Source: the human T2T-CHM13v2.0 reference genome, Homo sapiens. Taken from it: a DNA stretch of 64,000 nt. The notes under the pieces were generated by a model. That model did no database searches. It was not told the DNA's origin and saw only the letters and a program-made list of their open reading frames with translations. Shown one piece after another: positions 60,491 through 64,000 of this stretch. The number at the start of each line of letters is the position of its first letter. Position 1 is the first letter of the stretch. The position numbers and the translations under genes are program-made. The DNA lies in NCBI RefSeq assembly GCF_009914755.1, contig NC_060936.1, one strand, 5' to 3'.

Positions 60491-62059
60491 CTAGATTAGA
60501 AAACTCTAGGAGGTAAGGCCACTTTTCTTTTTACTAGTTTAGGGGTTTATAAGCGATTACTAAATAGAACTCTATTTTTTCTAACTAAATCATGATTGAG
60601 CCATTCTTTTTACTTTTGCTTATGCTACTTTGTCTGCCTTAAATATTTTGTCTCATCTCTTTGTCTTTTTGTAGGACTTATGAGATCATTGCATAGAGCA
60701 GGCTCATATGATGATACAGGGTCATGATAGCTAAGTGGTATACAGTTACTTTTGAGGCGATGAAAATGTTCTAAGATTGACTGTTCGTATATCTGTGAAC
60801 ATACTAAATGCCTTTGGATTGTACACTTTAAATGTGTGGATTGTATGGTATATGTACAGTACCTCAATAAGCCTGTTTTAAGTTTTATATAGTTGTTCAT
60901 TGAGCAGTGCACTTTTGTATTCAGCACTAGTGAAAATGCTATATGGATCTGTATCCAATACATCAAAGTATGGTCTTTGTAAATAGTTTCCCTTTTTAAT
61001 AAAAGGCATGACTAAAGAATGACATAGGGTTTAAATGGTTGCCCAAATTAAAGGGTGGAAGTGGGCTGTGTTTTTTTCTAGGGATAAAAAATAAAATAAT
61101 TTTCAATTATTTCAAGTTATATAATTTTGTACCCCTATCAATTAGATTTCCTCAAATATGTAGATATCCCTCATCAGCCCATACTTTTAAAAACAAAAAC
61201 ACAGAGATCACTCCATATTTTTTAAAGGTGCGCAATTTCATTATTAATTAAATACATTACAAATGAGGACACAAATAACACTTACCAGTAAACAGACTGC
61301 ACTGTCACTTAAGACAATTTATTGCAAAATCATTTTTATTAATCACTTCCTAAAATGCTGAATAATGTGGGGAGGTGGAGGAGTGAATAGAGAAAGTTGC
61401 CTACCTGGGCTACAGCCCAGCTGGTGAATTCACAAAATGCCCAGAATTTCAGACAGTTGATGTTTTCGTTACCTTATTTGTAATTTTTAATCATTCACAA
61501 TGCTCTTTTGAGAAAGCTGTGACTTCTCAACCTTCATTAAAAGCAGTGTACAGAATGGTAATTACTTTTTCTCAATGCTAGTCTCAAGAAATATTATTTT
61601 CCTTTATTCTTTGTATTTTGGTTGATTCCTTTAAGTTTTAGTGTGAAAAAATGAGAAAGTGTTTTGGCACCATGACATTTCTTTATATGTCCCAAAACAT
61701 TCTTCTCTTACATCTTTACTATAATATCAAATTGCTTGGAAATTATAATATAGTTTCTAAGTTTTAGGTAATATTAATCTCATATTGAGTTTCTCTGTAT
61801 TTTTTTGTTTTTATTTTTACAAAAGAAAAAAGCTATAATAATTATTGCATAAATTAGACTTTTCCAATAGATTTTTTTAAACACCCGCATCCTGAATTTT
61901 TTAGGTGACTGAACTTGTATGGGGGTAGAAAATATTTACAGAGTTACAAGTTTCATTTATAAACCTTTGGTTGTAATCCTTTCCAATAAAATCATGAGGA
62001 TTCAGTATTTTCCTCTAAAAATTGAATAAAGTGAGTAAAATTATAAATGTTATAATTAT

Positions 62060-63515
62060 TTTGATATTATTTCAATCATGTTTTCACAAATTAAACAGAA
62101 TAGTGTCAGATACTTCATGAAAAGTACATTTAATGTATAAAATTTGATGAGTTTGGACATAGACAGACAACTGTAATACCATCCCCAAAATCAAGTAATA
62201 AATATAACCATCACATCCAAAAGTTTTGTTGTGTCTTTTTGCATTATTCACGTGTGGTTGTGTATATGTGGTAATAACACAACACAAACTCTACCTTTTT
62301 AATGAACTTTAAGGGCACCATACCATGTTAACTATAGTCACTATGTTGTACAGAAGATCTTTAGAACTTTATTCATCTTGCATAACTGTTTAATTTATGA
62401 AAATTGAACAACTCCTCATTTTCCCCTACTCTTAATTTTTATCAACCACCATTCTATTATCTATTTCAGTGAGTTTGGCTATTGTAGATAACTCATATAT
62501 GTGGAATCATGTAGTAATTGTCTTTCCATGACTAGATTATTTTACTTAGCATGATATCTTCCAGGTGTATCCATATTGTTGCAAAGGGCGGAATTTTCTT
62601 CTTTTTAAATAATAATATTACATTGTATGTATAAAGCACCTTTTCTGTACCTATTTGTCTGTCAATGAGCATTTGGGTCAACTTCATATCTCAGCTATTG
62701 TAAATAATGCTGCAAATAACATGGGAGTGTAGACATCACTTTGAGATCCTAATTTTAATTCTTACATATATATGACCAGAAATGGGATTGCTGGATTATG
62801 CAGTAGTCCTATTTTTAATTTTTTGAGGAACCTCCATGCTATTTGCCATAGATGTTGTACCATTTTATATTCCCACCAACTGTGTGTAAGGGTTCTGATT
62901 TCTCCACAAAGTTGCCAACACTTGTTATCTTTTTAAATTTTTTATGACAACCATCCTAAGACGTGTAAGGTGGTATCTCCAATAGTACAGGGAAAACAGA
63001 ATAGTCACATGCAAAAGAATAAAATTAGACCTCTATCTTACACCATACACACAAGTCAACTCAAGATGGGTTAAAGATGTAAATCTAAGACCTGAAACCA
63101 TAAAACTCCCAAAAGAAACCATATGCTTGAGAAAACTTTGTGACATTGGTCTTGTTAATGATTTCATAGACATGACATCAAAATCATAGGCAACAAAAGC
63201 AAAAGTAGGCAAGTGGTACTACATTAAATTAAAAGCATCTGTACAGAAAAGGAAACAATCAACACAGTGAAAGGCAATCTACAGAAATAGATACAATATT
63301 TTCAAACCTTATATCTGATATGGGATTTATTTCCAAAGTGTATAAGAAACTCCTACAACTCAACAGCCAAAAACAAAAAACAAAAAAGGGCAAAGGACTT
63401 GAATAGATATTTCTGCAGGGAAGACATAAAGATGAATAAAAGGTAATGTAAAGGTGCTCAACATCACTAAATGTAAATCAAAATCACAATGAGATTTCAC
63501 CTCACAACAGGATGG
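62060..63515 (-). mobile_element. L1MA10-like element with an inverted 5' segment (minus ~62060-62979, plus ~62981-63515)
   Basis: 3' UTR and ORF2 end on minus; the upstream-adjacent ORF2 part is on plus. Confidence 0.75.
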
Positions 63516-63783
63516 CTTTAATTATGTGGTTTTGATAAGGTTCACCAAAGGGTAATAATAACCAATTAATGAAGATGAAGTTGATTGCGCTTAGACTGAC
63601 AAATGATCTTTGATAATATACTGTGATTTTTCTGTTTGAATTTCTCAAGTGCATGTTGAGTATGATGCAGAACTTATTGTCTTCTTCACCCAGCTGAACC
63701 CTGCCTCAAAATGCCAATGCATTTCTTCTTTCAAATCTTCTTCTTGAAAATCTGAATGACATTGATTGTATTCCTATATTTCT

Positions 63784-64000
63784 TGTGTTAGTTCATTTTT
63801 ACACGGCTAATAAAGACATACATGAGACTGATAATTTATAAGGAAAAAGGATTAATGGACTCACATTTCCTCATGGCTGGGGAGGCCTCACAATCTGGGT
63901 GGAAGGCAAGGAGGAGCAAGTCACGTCTTACATGGATGGCAGCAGGCAAAGAGAGAGCTTGTGTGGGGAAACTCTCCCTTATAAAATCATCAGACTTTAT
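63784..64000 (-). mobile_element. THE1 LTR running off the window
   Basis: 'ggctggggaggcctcacaatc...ggcaaggaggagcaagtcacgtcttacatggatggcagcagg'. Confidence 0.92.

Overview
AT-rich, repeat-dense primate (almost certainly human) DNA from a class II olfactory receptor cluster. I recognise it as the chr12q13.2 OR10A7/OR6C cluster; this is recall, not a database result. There are three same-strand single-coding-exon OR loci: intact OR10A7 (7580-8530); OR6C74 (33849-34787), here carrying one CGA>TGA stop at codon 62 in an otherwise open frame; and a doubly frameshifted OR6C pseudogene (49101-50039, probably OR6C69P). The rest is mostly L1 (PA2 to M-series), Alu, MaLR/ERV LTRs, a complete THE1, MADE1 and MER2. 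I found no evidence of a new gene system. The least explained items are: (i) a ~1 kb non-repeat upstream module with O/E and homeodomain motifs, present twice (46.2-47.2 kb and 59.5-60.5 kb), the second copy having no OR CDS after it in the window; (ii) a CpG-rich 487-bp retroposed mRNA 3' end of unknown parent inside an old L1; (iii) two L1PA3-like copies that each carry a short 3' transduction and share a nonsense codon; (iv) an expanded MADE1 hairpin whose arms changed in concert; (v) several local duplications. Repeat subfamily names come from remembered consensus sequences, and boundaries of old repeats are approximate.
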